Source of the DNA: Heptranchias perlo
Lineage: Eukaryota
Direction of reading: 5' to 3'
Length of the DNA: 64,000 nucleotides
NCBI RefSeq assembly: GCF_035084215.1
Contig: NC_090329.1
Span: 41,540,001-41,604,000 of the forward strand
The translations under genes and the position numbers were made by a program. The notes beneath the pieces are model-generated. The model had not been told where the DNA came from, did no database searches, and saw nothing but the letters and a program-made list of their open reading frames with translations. Shown here piece after piece: positions 1 through 12,747 of the stretch (the first letter of the stretch is position 1; every line of letters begins with the position of its first letter).

Positions 1-674
1 GAAAAGGAAAGAAAATGTGTGAGGGGCATTCTTAGAGAGACAAAGAAAGAGAGTTCAGAAGAGCGGAAAACAGAGCAAAACAGAAAAAAATCCATAGACT
101 GGGAGAGAAGCAGAGAGACAATTACAAGGCTGAGACATAGATTTTTCTCCCTGAGCAACACCACAGCAGATTAACTAGTAGTTATTAACATATTCAATAC
201 TTGTAGTCAATCTTGGCGAGGGTGTCAGGCAGTTGACTTGTGTACATGTTGAAGGTGCTTTGACAGCAATTTACAATCAAATTCAAGTGGAAAGGGAGTC
301 TGTGAAGCAGACAATAACTGCATTTGAATTCAAGTCTTGCAATGTTATAAAACAAAAAATAACTGCGTGTTTGTATGTATGCCATGCACGGTACATTTAT
401 ACAAAAAGTTTAGTATCAGTGCAAAGTGGTTTCTGACTTCACACTGACACTAAATTTGTGTTGTGCAAATCCAGACTTAAGCCCAACCTGACTCTGGAGA
501 GAAGGGAGTGAGACCCCCTCCTCAAGGTTGTCTCACTCCACTCTAATGTTAGGTAAGCCCTCGCCATCAATTCGGCTCCATTAACACTACAACTGACATT
601 ACAGTTGTACTGTAAATGCACCTTAAGAGTGCAACAATGTTAAATTGCTTTTCATCGTGGCAAATTGACTCACT

Positions 675-2960
675 GGGATAGATTTCAATCTCCAACGCCT
701 GGGCGGAGAGGATCGCCCGCTGGTCACAGAGAGAGGATCGCCCGCTGGTCACAGAGAGAGGATCGCCCGCTGGTCACAGAGAGAGGATCGCCCGCTGGTC
801 ACAGAGAGAGGATCGCCCGCTGGTCACAGAGAGAGGATCGCCCGCTGGTCACAGAGAGAGGATCGCCCGCTGGTCACAGAGAGAGGATCGCCCGCTGGTC
901 ACAGAGAGAGGATCGCCTGCTGGTCACAGAGAGAGGATCGCCCGCTGGTCACAGAGAGAGGATCGCCCGCTGGTCACAGAGAGAGAGGATCGCCCGCTGG
1001 TCACAGAGAGAGAGGATCGCCCGCTGGTCACAGAGAGAGGATCGCCCGCTGGTCACAGAGAGAGAGGATCGCCCGCTGGTCACAGAGAGAGGATCGCCCG
1101 CTGGTCACAGAGAGAGGATCGCCCGCTGGTCACAGAGAGAGGATCGCCCGCTGGTCAGAGAGAGAGGATCGCCCGCTGGTCACAGAGAGAGGATCGCCCG
1201 CTGGTCACAGAGAGAGGATCGCCCGCTGGTCACAGAGAGAGGATCGCCCGCTGGTCACAGAGAGAGGATCGCCCGCTGGTCACAGAGAGAGGATCGCCCG
1301 CTGGTCACAGAGAGAGGATCGCCCGCTGGTCACAGAGAGAGGATCGCCCGCTGGTCACAGAGAGAGGATCGCCCGCTGGTCACAGAGAGAGGATCGCCCG
1401 CTGGTCACAGAGAGAGGATCGCCCGCTGGTCACAGAGAGAGGATCGCCCGCTGGTCAGAGAGAGAGGATCGCCCGCTGGTCACAGAGAGAGGATCGCCCG
1501 CTGGTCACAGAGAGAGAGGATCGCCCGCTGGTCACAGAGAGAGGATCGCCCGCTGGTCACAGAGAGAGAGGATCGCCCGCTGGTCACAGAGAGAGGATCG
1601 CCCGCTGGTCACAGAGAGAGGATCGCCCGCTGGTCAGAGAGAGAGGATCGCTGGTCACGGAGAGAGGATCGCCCGCTGGTCACAGAGAGAGGATCGCTCG
1701 CTGGTCAGAGAGAGAGGATCGCTGGTCACAGAGAGAGGATCGCCCGCTGGTCACAGAGAGAGGATCGCCCGCTGATCACAGAGAGAAGATCGCCCGCTGG
1801 TCACAGAGAGAGGATCGCCCGCTGGTCACAGAGAGAGGATCGCCCGCTGATCACAGAGAGAAGATCGCCCGCTGGTCACAGAGAGAGGATCGCCCGCTGG
1901 TCACAGAGAGAGGATCGCCCGCTGATCACAGAGAGAAGATCGCCCGCTGGTCACAGAGAGAGAGGATCGCCCGCTGGTCACAGAGAGAGGATCGCTCGCT
2001 GGTCAGAGAGAGAGGATCGCCCGCTGGTCAGAGAGAGAGGATCGCTGGTCACGGAGAGAGGATCGCCCGCTGGTCACAGAGAGAGGATCGCTCGCTGGTC
2101 AGAGAGAGAGGATCGCTGGTCACAGAGAGAGGATCGCCCGCTGGTCACAGAGAGAGGATCGCCCGCTGATCACAGAGAGAAGATCGCCCGCTGGTCACAG
2201 AGAGAGGATCGCCCGCTGGTCACAGAGAGAGGATCGGCCGCTGGTCACAGAGAGAGGATCGGCCGCTGGTTGTAGACATAGGATCGCCCGCTGGTTGTAG
2301 ACATAGGATTGCCCGCTGGTCCTGGACAGAGGATCGCCCGCTGGTCCTGGACAGAGGATCGCCTGCTGGTTGTAGACAGAAGATCGCCCGCTGGTCCTGG
2401 ACAGAGGATCGCCCGCTGGTCCTGGACAGAGGATCGCCCGCTGGTCCTGGACAGAGGATCGCCCGCTGGTCCTGGACAGAGGATCGCCCGCTGGTCCTGG
2501 ACAGAGGATCGCCCGCTGGTCCTGGACAGAGGATCGCCCGCTGGTCCTGGACAGAGGATCGCCCGCTGGTCCTGGACAGAGGATCGCCCGCTGGTCCTGG
2601 ACAGAGGATCGCCCGCTGGTCCTGGACAGAGGAACGCCCGCTGGTCCTGGACAGATGATCGCCCGCTGGTCCTGGACAGAGGATCGCCCGCTGGTCCTGA
2701 ACAGAGGATCGCCCGCTGGTCCTGGACAGAGGATCGCCCGCTGGTCCTGGACAGAGGATCGCCGGCTGGTCCTGGACAGAGGAACGCCCGCTGGTCCTGG
2801 ACAGAGGATTGTCTGCTGGTCCTGGACAGAGGATCGCCTGTTGGTTGTAGACAGTGGATCACCCGGTGGTTGTAGAACCAGCCTGATTGTCATTTCATTA
2901 AAATGAAGGCATCCATTCTGCCAGGTTACTACCCAAGTGGTGAAGATGAAAATCCACTGC
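675..2960. mobile_element. Harbinger-type MITE hosting a large internal minisatellite
   Basis: Left end gggatagatttcaatctccaacgcctgggcgg and right end ctacccaagtggtgaagatgaaaatccactgc are degenerate inverted repeats (about 20/32 matches by eye); ACT flanks both sides (672-674, 2961-2963). Confidence 0.65.
705..2875. repeat. 25-bp minisatellite with two sub-arrays
   Basis: Unit tggtcacagagagaggatcgcccgc (roughly 60 copies, about 705-2265), then ctggtcctggacagaggatcgcccg (roughly 20 copies, about 2310-2840), with ggttgtagac variants at the boundary and 3' end. The long ORFs here are repeat artefacts. Confidence 0.97.
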
Positions 2961-3087
2961 ACTTAGTGAACTTTTCTTTTTCCGCTCCTGGTTTTTGCAA
3001 ACAATTATTTCCTCACACCCTGTAGCATTTTCTTCATTGAATGGGTAAGTCGGTGATCTGTTTCCAAGTCACCGCAAATGCTCTTTG

Positions 3088-3158
3088 ACCTATACTCCTG
3101 TGAAGCTCCTTGGGATGTTTTACTACGTTAAAGGTGCTATTTTTGTGCAAGTTGTTGT
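3088..3158 (+). mobile_element. L2/DeuSINE-type 3' tail fragment
   Basis: ctgtgaagctccttgggatgttttactacgttaaaggtgcta resembles the tail gtaaagcgctttgggacgtcctgag of the SINE at 57.7-58.1 kb. Confidence 0.5.
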
Positions 3159-5328
3159 AAAAATGGAATTTGCAGCTGGGAGCTGATTTGTCCTCTATTT
3201 TTCTTTACTTCCTTCATGGGTACCGCCTTCGCTGTTTAATAGCTCTCTTGACAACCTTGGCTATAAGCAGGGACTCTGTGAAGGGAATCATGGGAAAAAC
3301 CATTATCAAACCCAATCCACGGTAGACCATCTTACTTTGGCAACAATATTGCATTACCAGGAAGCTATTTGCTGAACTTTGTCAATGGACCAACATGTTT
3401 GTATGTTGATGTCACACACTGCGATTGTGACAGACTGGAGACCTGCCTTTCATTGAGAATCTGTAACATATCAGCTTTGTGGCCACTTTAAATGATTTCT
3501 GAAAACTGCATTTTGGGGGAAATTCTCTGCAAATTTGATTTCTCTCTCCTGAAGAAGACTCCACATTGCTGACGGTATGCGGGCGGCCACTTCAAGAGCA
3601 GATGACTCGCCTCTATTTAGGTACACTAATCAACAAGTGGGAGGAGAATCAGCTGCTGGAAATAATTGATATGGATAACCGCTGCACAGTTTTACAGTCT
3701 ATCTGGTGTACTATGGTACCAAGACTTCAATAAATCATTAACTGTGATTGTCTGTACCAAGAAGGGCCCCTGTTTACCTGACGAATGCCGTTGCTTTGAC
3801 CTGAAGGTGGTGAATGAACGGAAGTTGGTAACAAGCAGCTTCTTTGATACTTGTAACACTTAATTTGATTGGCAGGTGTATCACTGCAAGAAATGTTGTA
3901 CTGTGAGTCGGCGTTGATCTATTCTGAGCAATATCTGTCTGTCGTGTTTGCCTAATTGTGTAAGGTAACTTTTGATATTCCATTGTCTTCAGACTTTAAA
4001 TCAAACAGTGGATACAATTGTTGCCCTATAATCAAGGCTCTGGAGTGAATCTTGCTTTGCCAGCTGTTGAACAAATTCAGACTATTAGAAAAACTGTGTG
4101 AATATCCAAGTTTCCTCACAGACATATTCTGAATTAAGAGAATTATTAATGTTTCAAGATGTTTGTTATTTTAGGGTTTGAAGTACAGGTGAGAAATAAA
4201 ATATTCCTTTACTGTGATCTAGTGAAATCTGCTGTGCTTCCTCTAGTTTCTGTTTAATTTTACTTTTTGATACACCTGATTTTTAGTTTGTAGGCTGAGA
4301 TATGCAGCTTGTCAGAATGCTATTTGCCCCTCAGTTGGAGAGATTACTATTACTAGTGTAGGCAGCAACGTTAAATGGGTTTAATATTCATCTGGGGTAT
4401 GCTGCTTCCCAGATTACTTTGCACATAAGGTCATGTTTCAGTTCGTAAGAAGGCAGTTCCTTGTGCTGGGCATGAGAAAAAGTATCCAGAAAGCATCAAG
4501 GCTAAGACCATAGCAAAATATATCGCAGGTGGTGCCCCATTGCCAGATTGGTGATATTTGGTGAATTTTTCAACAATGTGATTCAGAAGTAATTCTTATA
4601 TCTCCATGCGACGTTGTAATGGGATTTGGAACTAGACAATTCAAAGTCGGGGGCAGGGCTCTAAATCAATTTCCAGTTCACAAAAACCCAAAGATTCATT
4701 GTTGGTCAAAAGTTTAATCAGACACTTTCTGGGTCAAAGGGCAGGAAAAACACCTCCAACTGATAAATTGCGGCCCCTTGCATAGTGTGCCTGCTGCTTA
4801 TATAGCAAACCATGCACCTACATTGATTACATTTACTCATATTAAAGTGTTATGAACAATTTACAAGATAGGAAAAGGAAACAATTTACTCGGCTCTTGG
4901 AATTAAGACAACAAAACCCTGTTGACGTTCCTTTTGTTGTTTCTTATGAGGCTAAAACCTCGTCTCCTCTGAATAGCTAAAGCTGTGCTTTGGCAGGTGC
5001 CTCACCCTAGGGATCTGAATGACAGGCAAAGATTCTTGACACCAGGTCATACCAAGTGGTCAGCCAGCTTTTAGCTGAGCCTCACACAGTACTAAGTGAG
5101 TTGTTTCTCATATTTTAACCTGTTCGCTGGTCTAGTAAATTTGTGCAGGGGCTATTGAATGGGTAGGTATTTTGTGTTTTTACTGCACTACAGGCATGGC
5201 TTTCAAACCTATATTTAGGTCAATGTCAAACTGGGCACAGTTTAATGGAAGCTCCATGTAGCTTTGTGACACTGAAGAAATTGAGACAGAAGAAGTTGGC
5301 AAAAAAGCCAGGGGTAGATACAATCATT

Positions 5329-5387
5329 GAATCATAGAATGATACGGCACAGAAGGAGGCCATTCAGTCCTTCTTGCCTGTGCCGGG
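5329..5387 (-). mobile_element. CR1 3' tail fragment
   Basis: gaatcatagaatgatacggcacagaaggaggccattcag is the reverse complement of the CR1 3' end seen at 5870-5912. Confidence 0.8.
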
Positions 5388-5669
5388 TTTGATGTTTTGG
5401 TGCGAGTGGCAGTGGTTTGGAAGTGGCCGATGAAGTTGGAGGAAGCGGAGATGTCGAGGCCGGATCTTGAGCCTGGGGTTGGGGTGAAGCAGGCCTGGGC
5501 TCAGTGTAGCCCGGTGGGGCACTGGCCAAGCTGGAGAGGATGCTGCAGTGCTCGGGCTGTTGGAAACTGCTGCAGGAACCAGTCTACCTTGGAGGCTGTG
5601 AGCATGTCTTTTGCTGAGTTTGCATTGCTGATTCTCTTGGGAATGGTTGTCTAGTATGATTCTCTTGGG

Positions 5670-5912
5670 AGATGAGGAGATTTTTTTTTTTATGCAGCCA
5701 GTTGTTATGATCTGGAATGCACTACCTGAAAGGGTGGTGGAAGCAGATTCAATAGTAACTTTCAAAAGGGAATTGGATATATACTTAAAAAGGAAAAATT
5801 TGCAGGGCTATGGAGAAAAAGTAGGGGAGTGGGACTAATTAAATAGCTCTTTCAAAGAGCCGGCACAGGCACAATAGGCTGAATGGCCTCATTCTGTGCT
5901 GTAAGATTCTAT
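5670..5912 (+). mobile_element. CR1 (HER1-like) LINE 3' fragment
   Basis: Encodes the ORF2 C-terminus FFMQPVVMIWNALPERVVEADSIVTFKRELD, then the tail gctgaatggcctcattctgtgctgtaagattctat. Confidence 0.92.
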
Positions 5913-6176
5913 AATGCACACTAGTGTAATCTGGCCAAGGTGATTCAAGTTCTATATCTAGTAAAAGGTTAATAACACAAACTATTCTGCTAACCATGAA
6001 ATACATTTCTGCCATTTTAGGCACAGTTAGGGCAGGCATTCAATTTCAAATAGCAAGAATATATGAATTTTTAGGTGCAGGAAAAGACTATTAGACCTAA
6101 GAAGCCTGTCCTTGAATAATACCCACATTCTCAATCATATCCCTTGATCATTTCTCGTTGCAAAAACACAACTATT

Positions 6177-6833
6177 TGGGGTGATTTTAAAATCAGTTGA
6201 AATCCATCAGACCAATAACTCACCCCGGTGCCACCAGGAACTAATCAGACGGGATTTTCACCGCAGGCGGCAAGGACATCAGCCCAAAGCCAGTGGGGTC
6301 CTTTTTAACACATACATGTCAGGTCCCAATGATATCATCAGTACCCGACTGCAATTTATACTACTGGGCTTTAGTGGGAAACGGCCGTGAGTTTCCCACC
6401 AGGCCTACCCTGCGAAGAACTGGATTGGGACCAAGAGGCTCCAAAAGGTAAGATTCGTTTTTTTCTTATTTCCTTTTAAGGAGGCTGCATACCTCCATGG
6501 AGGAGCAAAAGTGCTTTGCTGTGCCCCACGAGGAAATCTTAGGCCTCCTAGCGCGATCCCCACCCCTCCCCCATGATCGCGAGATCCCCACGGGATGGAC
6601 TGGCAGCCGATCCTGTGGACTTACCCACTCTTGGCAGGCGGCCTATGGGATGTGCGAATTTGCGCCCATCAACTTCCTACCTTGAATGGGTGAGAAGTCG
6701 GGCAGCAGCATTTCAATGGGGCCTGGGAGCTGAAATACCTTGGGCCTTATTTTTGCTGCAGCGGGTGAGTTTTGAACTGACATCAAAACTCACCCACCGA
6801 AAACTGATCCCCCCCCCAATTAAAATCAGGGCC
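6177..6833. mobile_element. Harbinger-type non-autonomous element (MITE)
   Basis: Starts gggggtgattttaa and ends ttaaaatcagggcc, matching the termini of other Harbinger copies in the window. Confidence 0.7.
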
Positions 6834-6979
6834 TGTTGTCTCTTGAACCTAATTATACTATTTACTTCATTGTTCTACCCTGGTAACTTTTTTCTAGCCC
6901 ATGGATGACAAAAAAAATCTTCCAAGAACTCCCACACTCCTCGTTTCCTGATCTTAGCTAATTACACACACATATTTAC

Positions 6980-7135
6980 CAGGAGGTGTCTCTGGATAGT
7001 AATCAGGATTCTTGGTGATTTTCTCACCTTCCACTAGTTCACAACAGTGAGATCATCAAAATGAGTACAAACCGAGGAATGAATCTGGAACCTTTCATGT
7101 CTGTATGACTTAGTACTACACCACTCAGCGCACCC
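6980..7135 (-). mobile_element. tRNA-derived SINE fragment
   Basis: Shares ctggatagtaatcagg and ctgtatgact segments with the SINE at 8200-8482. Confidence 0.45.
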
Positions 7136-7384
7136 GTCAAGCCACACCACCCAAGTTTACTGGCTAATTTTGATCAGGACCATTAGGGACCAGTGAATCA
7201 CAGAGTATTCTTGTTTCAGAAGAAAGATTACCTGAACACAAGCACGCCAGAGTAAAAACTATTGCCCTTAACAACCTGATTTAAAATAAAGAGCAAATTT
7301 ACAGCATAATGGATAATAATTAAATGTACATAAAATATACATGAAATATTATAACATACATTTTTAAAAAATTTAATTTTGTTT

Positions 7385-8482
7385 TATTCTCTTGAGTCCT
7401 TGACTCTTATGAGTCCTTGCTGAGATATGGCTGCACAGACACCAGGGGCTAAATTTCAACCCCAAGAACGGGTGGGTTGGGGGCGGATGGGAAGGTAAAA
7501 ATTGTAAAAATGTAAAACCCGACCCCAACCCGACCACTTCCGGTTTTAACGGGGGTGGGCCGGGAGGTGAGAAAGCCCGGATCAACAAGTAAGTGCCTTT
7601 AAGTGCTTCTGCCTGGCCCAACAAGCTTACCTGCTGCATTCCCACACACGCGATCGGCTGACACCCCCCCCCACCATGTCCGAACAGCCCCCCCCCCCAT
7701 GATCTCTGACCCTCCACCATGAGCTCTGACCCCCACGAGTCTGACACCCCCCACGATCTCCGACCCCCTCCCCCATGACGGCTGACCCTGATGTACGACC
7801 CCCCCACCCTGATGACGCCCCCCCCATCCCCGGTGACCGACCCCCCTCCCCGATGACCGATTTCCCCCACATGATGACCGGCCCCAAGCCCCCAATGTTT
7901 CACCGCCCCCCCCCCCCCACAGAAGACCGATCACCCCTGATGGCCGCGCCCCCACCCGATGACCGAAGCCGCCCCCACCGACGTCCGACCCACCCTAATG
8001 TCAGACTTACCTGCTGGCATCCAGTACTTGGCTGCTCTCCTGTCCGACAGCCAGCCAGCCTATCAATCTGGCTGGTTGTCGTGCAGGAAACCTACAGAAA
8101 AGAAATTGAAAGATGTCCATACGTCAAAATTGTAAGGACATCTGGGAAACCTACCCTCTCTCCCCCACTCTCTTTACGGCCCCGAGTAAATATTGGGGCC
8201 CAGATGTCCTTTGTAGCCTGGTTCTCATGGCGATTATTCACGTGTGAGCCTTGCAAATGTAAGCCTGCTATTCACCCATGGCAAGGATCATAATTGAGCC
8301 TGATTCTGTCCTCATCCTGTCCTGGATAGCAATCAAGAGCAGCAATCTTAACCCAGGGGCACCGAGGACAATTGTAACACGCTTGCCACCATTCCAGGTT
8401 GGGATGCTATCGCAGTACAGACCGGGAATCAAACCTAGAATCCTCCTGGGCTGTATGACTCGACCCTGGATAAACTGAGCCT
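7385..8482 (-). mobile_element. tRNA-headed SINE interrupted by a MITE
   Basis: The minus strand begins ggctcagtt (A-box-like) ... ggtttgattcccgg (B-box-like). The body appears to resume left of the 7446-8200 insertion. Confidence 0.6.
7446..8200. mobile_element. Harbinger non-autonomous element with C-rich internal repeats
   Basis: Left end matches the nuclease-side end of the 10.7-14.8 kb element; right end aatattggggcc is the reverse complement of the Myb-side end at 58481; CAG duplicated (7443-7445, 8201-8203); internal ccgatgaccgaccccc repeats. Confidence 0.85.
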
Positions 8483-9299
8483 TCAGATTTTTACATAAAT
8501 GTATGGTAACAACCAAATAATTTGCTTTACTAGTGTTACTGCTTTTGAACTGTATCCTTCTAACTTCATGCATATGAACCCATATGTCCATAATACATAT
8601 CAAAAAGGAGCTTAATGTGTTTAACTGTTGAAATAGCTTTTGACAAACTTCCTGGTAATAATCAATAGAAGGCAACTGATGCATGTTATGCCACTCTGAA
8701 AAATATTTAGATAATTGTGGGTGTAAAAGGAAACTAAAATTCAAGGCTCATTAGAGGAAAATGATCTTGTTACAAATATTTTTAATACACAGATGTGATC
8801 ATGGAAACACAGCTGAAATGCAATTATGCATAGAGTCATGGGATAAAATAAATCGCTGACTGAATATTATACTTTTAAAATTCAAACCAGGGCTTTTGTT
8901 AAAACCCAGTGTTACAAAGTTCAGATACTGAATCAATGCCTGAATCCTAACACTGACAAAAAACCTTTATTGTAATGAATCTCCCTCAGCGTGGCATTAC
9001 TCCATCTTTCTCATCATTTTTTATAGTCACTAATGTTTCACAACTGCGTGCCATTTTGCAAATAAACTAGACTTAAGTCAATTTGAGAATTATAGCAATT
9101 TAAAAAAATATCAGGAGTCGACAGACAAAAGCAACAGTCAGAGGTAATTCCTTCACAACCGATACTCAGTGCATGCTGAAAAATGAACATTTCTTTAGCA
9201 AAATTAAACTGCACAGCTCGATGAGCTCATGTCATGTTAACCAGATAATGTGAAGAGGCAGGAGTTCCAAACCACAACATCATTAGTGGGACAGTATGA

Positions 9300-10374
9300 G
9301 ACTGAGTAGTGGTTATAGTAGTACACTAGTAATCCAGAGGTCATGGGGGCAACTTTCAACTGACGGCCACCCGTTTCTCAACTGAAAAATAGACAACTGG
9401 CAGTTCTAAAACAGGCGGGGCACCATGGCTGCCTCATTTGTGCCTAAGGCCTGGTGCAATTTAGGTAAACTGTGCACAAAGTGAAAAAATCCTGACCGCA
9501 CCCTGAAGGTGTTTAAATGTGCAAACTATGGTTCTATACCAAATTGTGGGCCCCGATTGCAATTTTAAGATATAAATGGGTGAGGTGATCGCCACCCACA
9601 CTGCGACCATTTGCACCCGGCATTGAATGGTCCTAAATGGACTGCTGGAGGCCACCCAGAAAATAAACCAAGAAATTTATTTTTCCTTGTGGGGCCAGCT
9701 GGAGCATACCTGCTCTTCCTGAGCCCACAAAAAACTCTGGCCCATTGTTGGCCCATTCAAAACCTCCCCCTGGATCACCTCCCACTCCCTACCCACCACC
9801 TCCCCCCACCCCGCCTCAAGACCTGACCTGCCGGCCAGATCAGTGTACAAGCTGGCGATTTCCCTCCCTCCCAGAACTGGCGAGCTGTAACCAGGCACTC
9901 ATTTGGTGCCCGCAGCTCACCAGCGGCAGTTAATTGATGCTGGAGCTGAAAATGGCTTTCCACGCCAGCACTGGGCAAGGGGCACATCCGTTTCGCTGAC
10001 TTCTCACCGGTTTCGGGTGAAGATCGTCCCCCGTGAGTTCAAATCATGACCGTGGCAAGTAGTGAAACTGAATTCAATAAATCTGGTCATTTTTGGGCTG
10101 GCATCTAGGAAAGAATAATCACAAAAAGCTGCTGGGTTGCCTTCAAAACCCGACTGGTTCATTAATATCCTTCAGGAAAGGCACATAAGGCTGTTACCTG
10201 GTGTGGCCTAGATGTGACTATCTCACACTATGTGGTTGACTCTTAATGCCTAACAAGCCACTCAGTTGTTCAAAAATTGCTATGAAATAAGAAGGCCTAC
10301 CACCACTTTAAGGGCAAACATGGGTATGCAATAGATGTGGCCTCACCCATATCCTGAGGACAAATTAAAAAAAA
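9300..10374 (+). mobile_element. tRNA-headed SINE sharing body and tail with the 43.9-47.0 kb LINE; split by a MITE
   Basis: Head gtagtggttat...ctagtaatccagaggtcat|gtgagttcaaatc; body ctggttcattaat...tgtggttgactcttaatg...caagccactcagttg; tail aagaaggcctaccaccac...aagggcaa...A-rich end. Confidence 0.75.
9346..10032. mobile_element. Harbinger-type MITE
   Basis: Termini ggggcaactttc and gaagatcgtccccc; flanked by ATG/GTG; interrupts the SINE head just before its B box. Confidence 0.75.
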
Positions 10375-10950
10375 TCTGGCTTGCTGTCTGTGTAGTACTA
10401 CGCAACTATCTTGGGGCCACTGTGTACTATTCTGTGAGTGATTTATGACCTATTATGACTCATCCTGAAAAGTAAACCCTGTAGAAATTAAAAACATTTA
10501 ATTGAGGTTAAAATTAGAAATTTATTTTCATAACTCATATAAGAATTAGTTCAAATGTCCATAATGTTTTGTCACTTTAAAAGGGACACTTTCATAATAA
10601 GATGAAAGCAACATACTGCGAATGCAAGAAATCTGAAATTAAAAGCAAAAGGTGCTGGAAGCACTCAGCAGGTCAGGCAACATCTGTGGAGAGTTAAGGG
10701 GCATGATTTTAGCACGGAGGCGGGGACTCAGCGGGTGGGTAAATAATCGCGTGGGAAACCTGAAAGTAATTTGAGCGCGTTGGATTGTGCAATTGCAGCT
10801 CAACTGAAGGCACTTAATTTTACTTTCGGGTTTCGCATCTCCAAGCTACGCAGCAGGAGTACTGTGTACCCGAATGACATGATCTGAACACCACGATTTA
10901 AAGGACCAATGCAAAAATGGATTTTGAAGGAGAAAGGAGGGAAAATAGAT

Positions 10951-12747
10951 ATGGAAGGACACAGAGGAAAGGCAGCACCCAGATTTTCGGACACATCCCT
11001 TGAGGTACTACTGGCTGCTGTGAAAAGCAGGAAGGAGGTGTTATACCCAAGTGATAGGAGGAAGTGCCCTGCTTCTGCCACCAAGAAGGCATGGCTGGAG
11101 GTGGCAGAAGATGTGAGCAGCAGGAGCACGGTGCCCAGGTCTTGGCTGCAATGCAGGCAGCGTTTTAATGACCTAAACAGGTCAGGAAAAGTAAGTACAT
11201 TTGCTGATTCACCCTGTGTTGTGCAATAACTCCCTCTCTCTCTGTGTTGAGACACCTAATCCATCACATCACTCCTCACATCCATTTAAGTTTCAGCATC
11301 AACCATCTTTCACTTTCTATGTACTTCCTCAACTACCCATTTATGTACCCATCACTGCCACTCACCTCAGTCCTGATGCAATGTGATGCATCTGTCTGAT
11401 ACTCACCCTCTGATGCATCTGTTTCATTGTCAGCCTCACCCAAAGTAATGCATTTATAGGGTGATACATCACCTTCAGTCACTCACAGGTCTGTTCTTTC
11501 TCCCCTTGTAGGAAGAGGAGCAGAACTGGAGGTGGTTCACCACGTTTAGTCCAGCTGAGAGTTGCAGAGGAGGAAGTCATGGAAATAAGTGGGACAGTTG
11601 CATCCCTATCATTGGAGATGGAGAGACTGGAAACCTGCAGATAGCTGGTGACAGAACTTTAACATCTTTCACACATATGATGAATTGATTTTATCAATGA
11701 ATGAACTGTGCCAGACTTCAGTATCGTCATTGGAAAGATTGTCACTTTTCCGATGCATAATTCATATCATTTTCTGTTGCCATCCAGAGCCTTCAAGAAG
11801 AATTAGGTGAGATGGAAGACATCGATTCCTCAGAGGAGCTCATTGCTTCTGAGGGCGCACTGTCACAGGATGTCCATTCATGCACCAGTGCAGATACTGG
11901 CACTTTGGTGGGTCCTGTTAGGCAGATAGTTGGGTTGTCATTTGGTGATTGACCACTCACAAGTATGCAAGAGCAGACACAGGTGGCAGGGGCAGCTGTG
12001 GAGAGCCCACGTAAGGCGGGCGGTCTCCTCTTCAAGCTCTGATCAGCTGGACACAGATGCTGAGCCTTGGGAGCCATTGTTGAGAATGAGAATGATAGAG
12101 GTACAATTCCACCTTTGTGATGTACTGGGAAAAAGTGCCACACACACTCTCCACAATAGCGGAGAGGATGGAGGAGTCCAACTCCATTGCTAATGGATTG
12201 TTGTCGCAGGTAAGAGAGAGAATGTCTACAATGGAGAGTGGCAGCTTCAAGCACAGCTCTCAAATGAGTCTATGCAGGCCATGACAATGGCTGTGCAGAC
12301 TCTGGATTCCAACATGTCTGCTGTCTTTAACAGGCTGACAGATACCTTATCCATGACCTTATAACGCAGCACATCTGTTCACCAAACTGCTGTCCAGCAG
12401 AGTGGTGGGAGTGATGTGACGCTGGCCCGGCAGAGGGATGACGACGCAAGGGGACATGGAAGTGGGGACTCGACTCAAAGTGCTCCCACGTCTCACCTGT
12501 TGCCCCCCCCCCTCAACTAGTATTCGCAATGCTGCATCCTCTCCCGATGTCCGAGTCTGCCCCTGCAGAGGTGCAGGTGGAGCAGTCTTTGGTGGGGCCC
12601 TCATGGGCTCCAAAATCTAGACAGCGTAGGCCGAGAGCATCTCATCAGTCAGAGCAGGGATCTGAGTAACCGGCCACTATCTCTGCTGAAGCCACAGGTG
12701 ATGCACCACGTAGAAGTGGTAGAAAGCGTAAGGTTAAGCAATTGTAA
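10951..12747 (+). pseudogene. Harbinger Myb/SANT-like DNA-binding protein gene, 3 exons (about 10951-11190, 11512-11647, 11788-12747), with stops and frameshifts
   Basis: MEGHRGKAAPRFSDTSLEVLL...KKAWLEVAEDVS...RSWLQCRQRFNDL is a trihelix/SANT motif; GT-AG introns occur at the same positions in the 35.2-36.2 kb copy; basic C-terminus RRSGRKRKVKQL. Confidence 0.88.

Noticed and set aside
665-2962. Long ORFs (536, 255, 205, 188 aa) and a CRISPR-like look in the repeat array
   Set aside because: They are translations of a stop-free 25-bp tandem unit; there are no unique spacers and no cas genes, and the context is eukaryotic.
4615-5191. Possible solo LTR starting TGTAAT with a minus-strand TATA-like motif
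   Set aside because: No matching target duplication or clear terminal CA could be identified.
7430-8215. Match of Harbinger flanks to the zebrafish Harbinger3 target consensus AAACACCWGGTCTTT
   Set aside because: Only partial left-side resemblance (gacaccag, aaaacaccct, gataccag) at three sites; too weak to claim.
9300-9345. tRNA genes at SINE heads (also about 8420-8482 and 56960-57022)
   Set aside because: The A/B boxes are degenerate, no cloverleaf could be built, and they are attached to SINE bodies.
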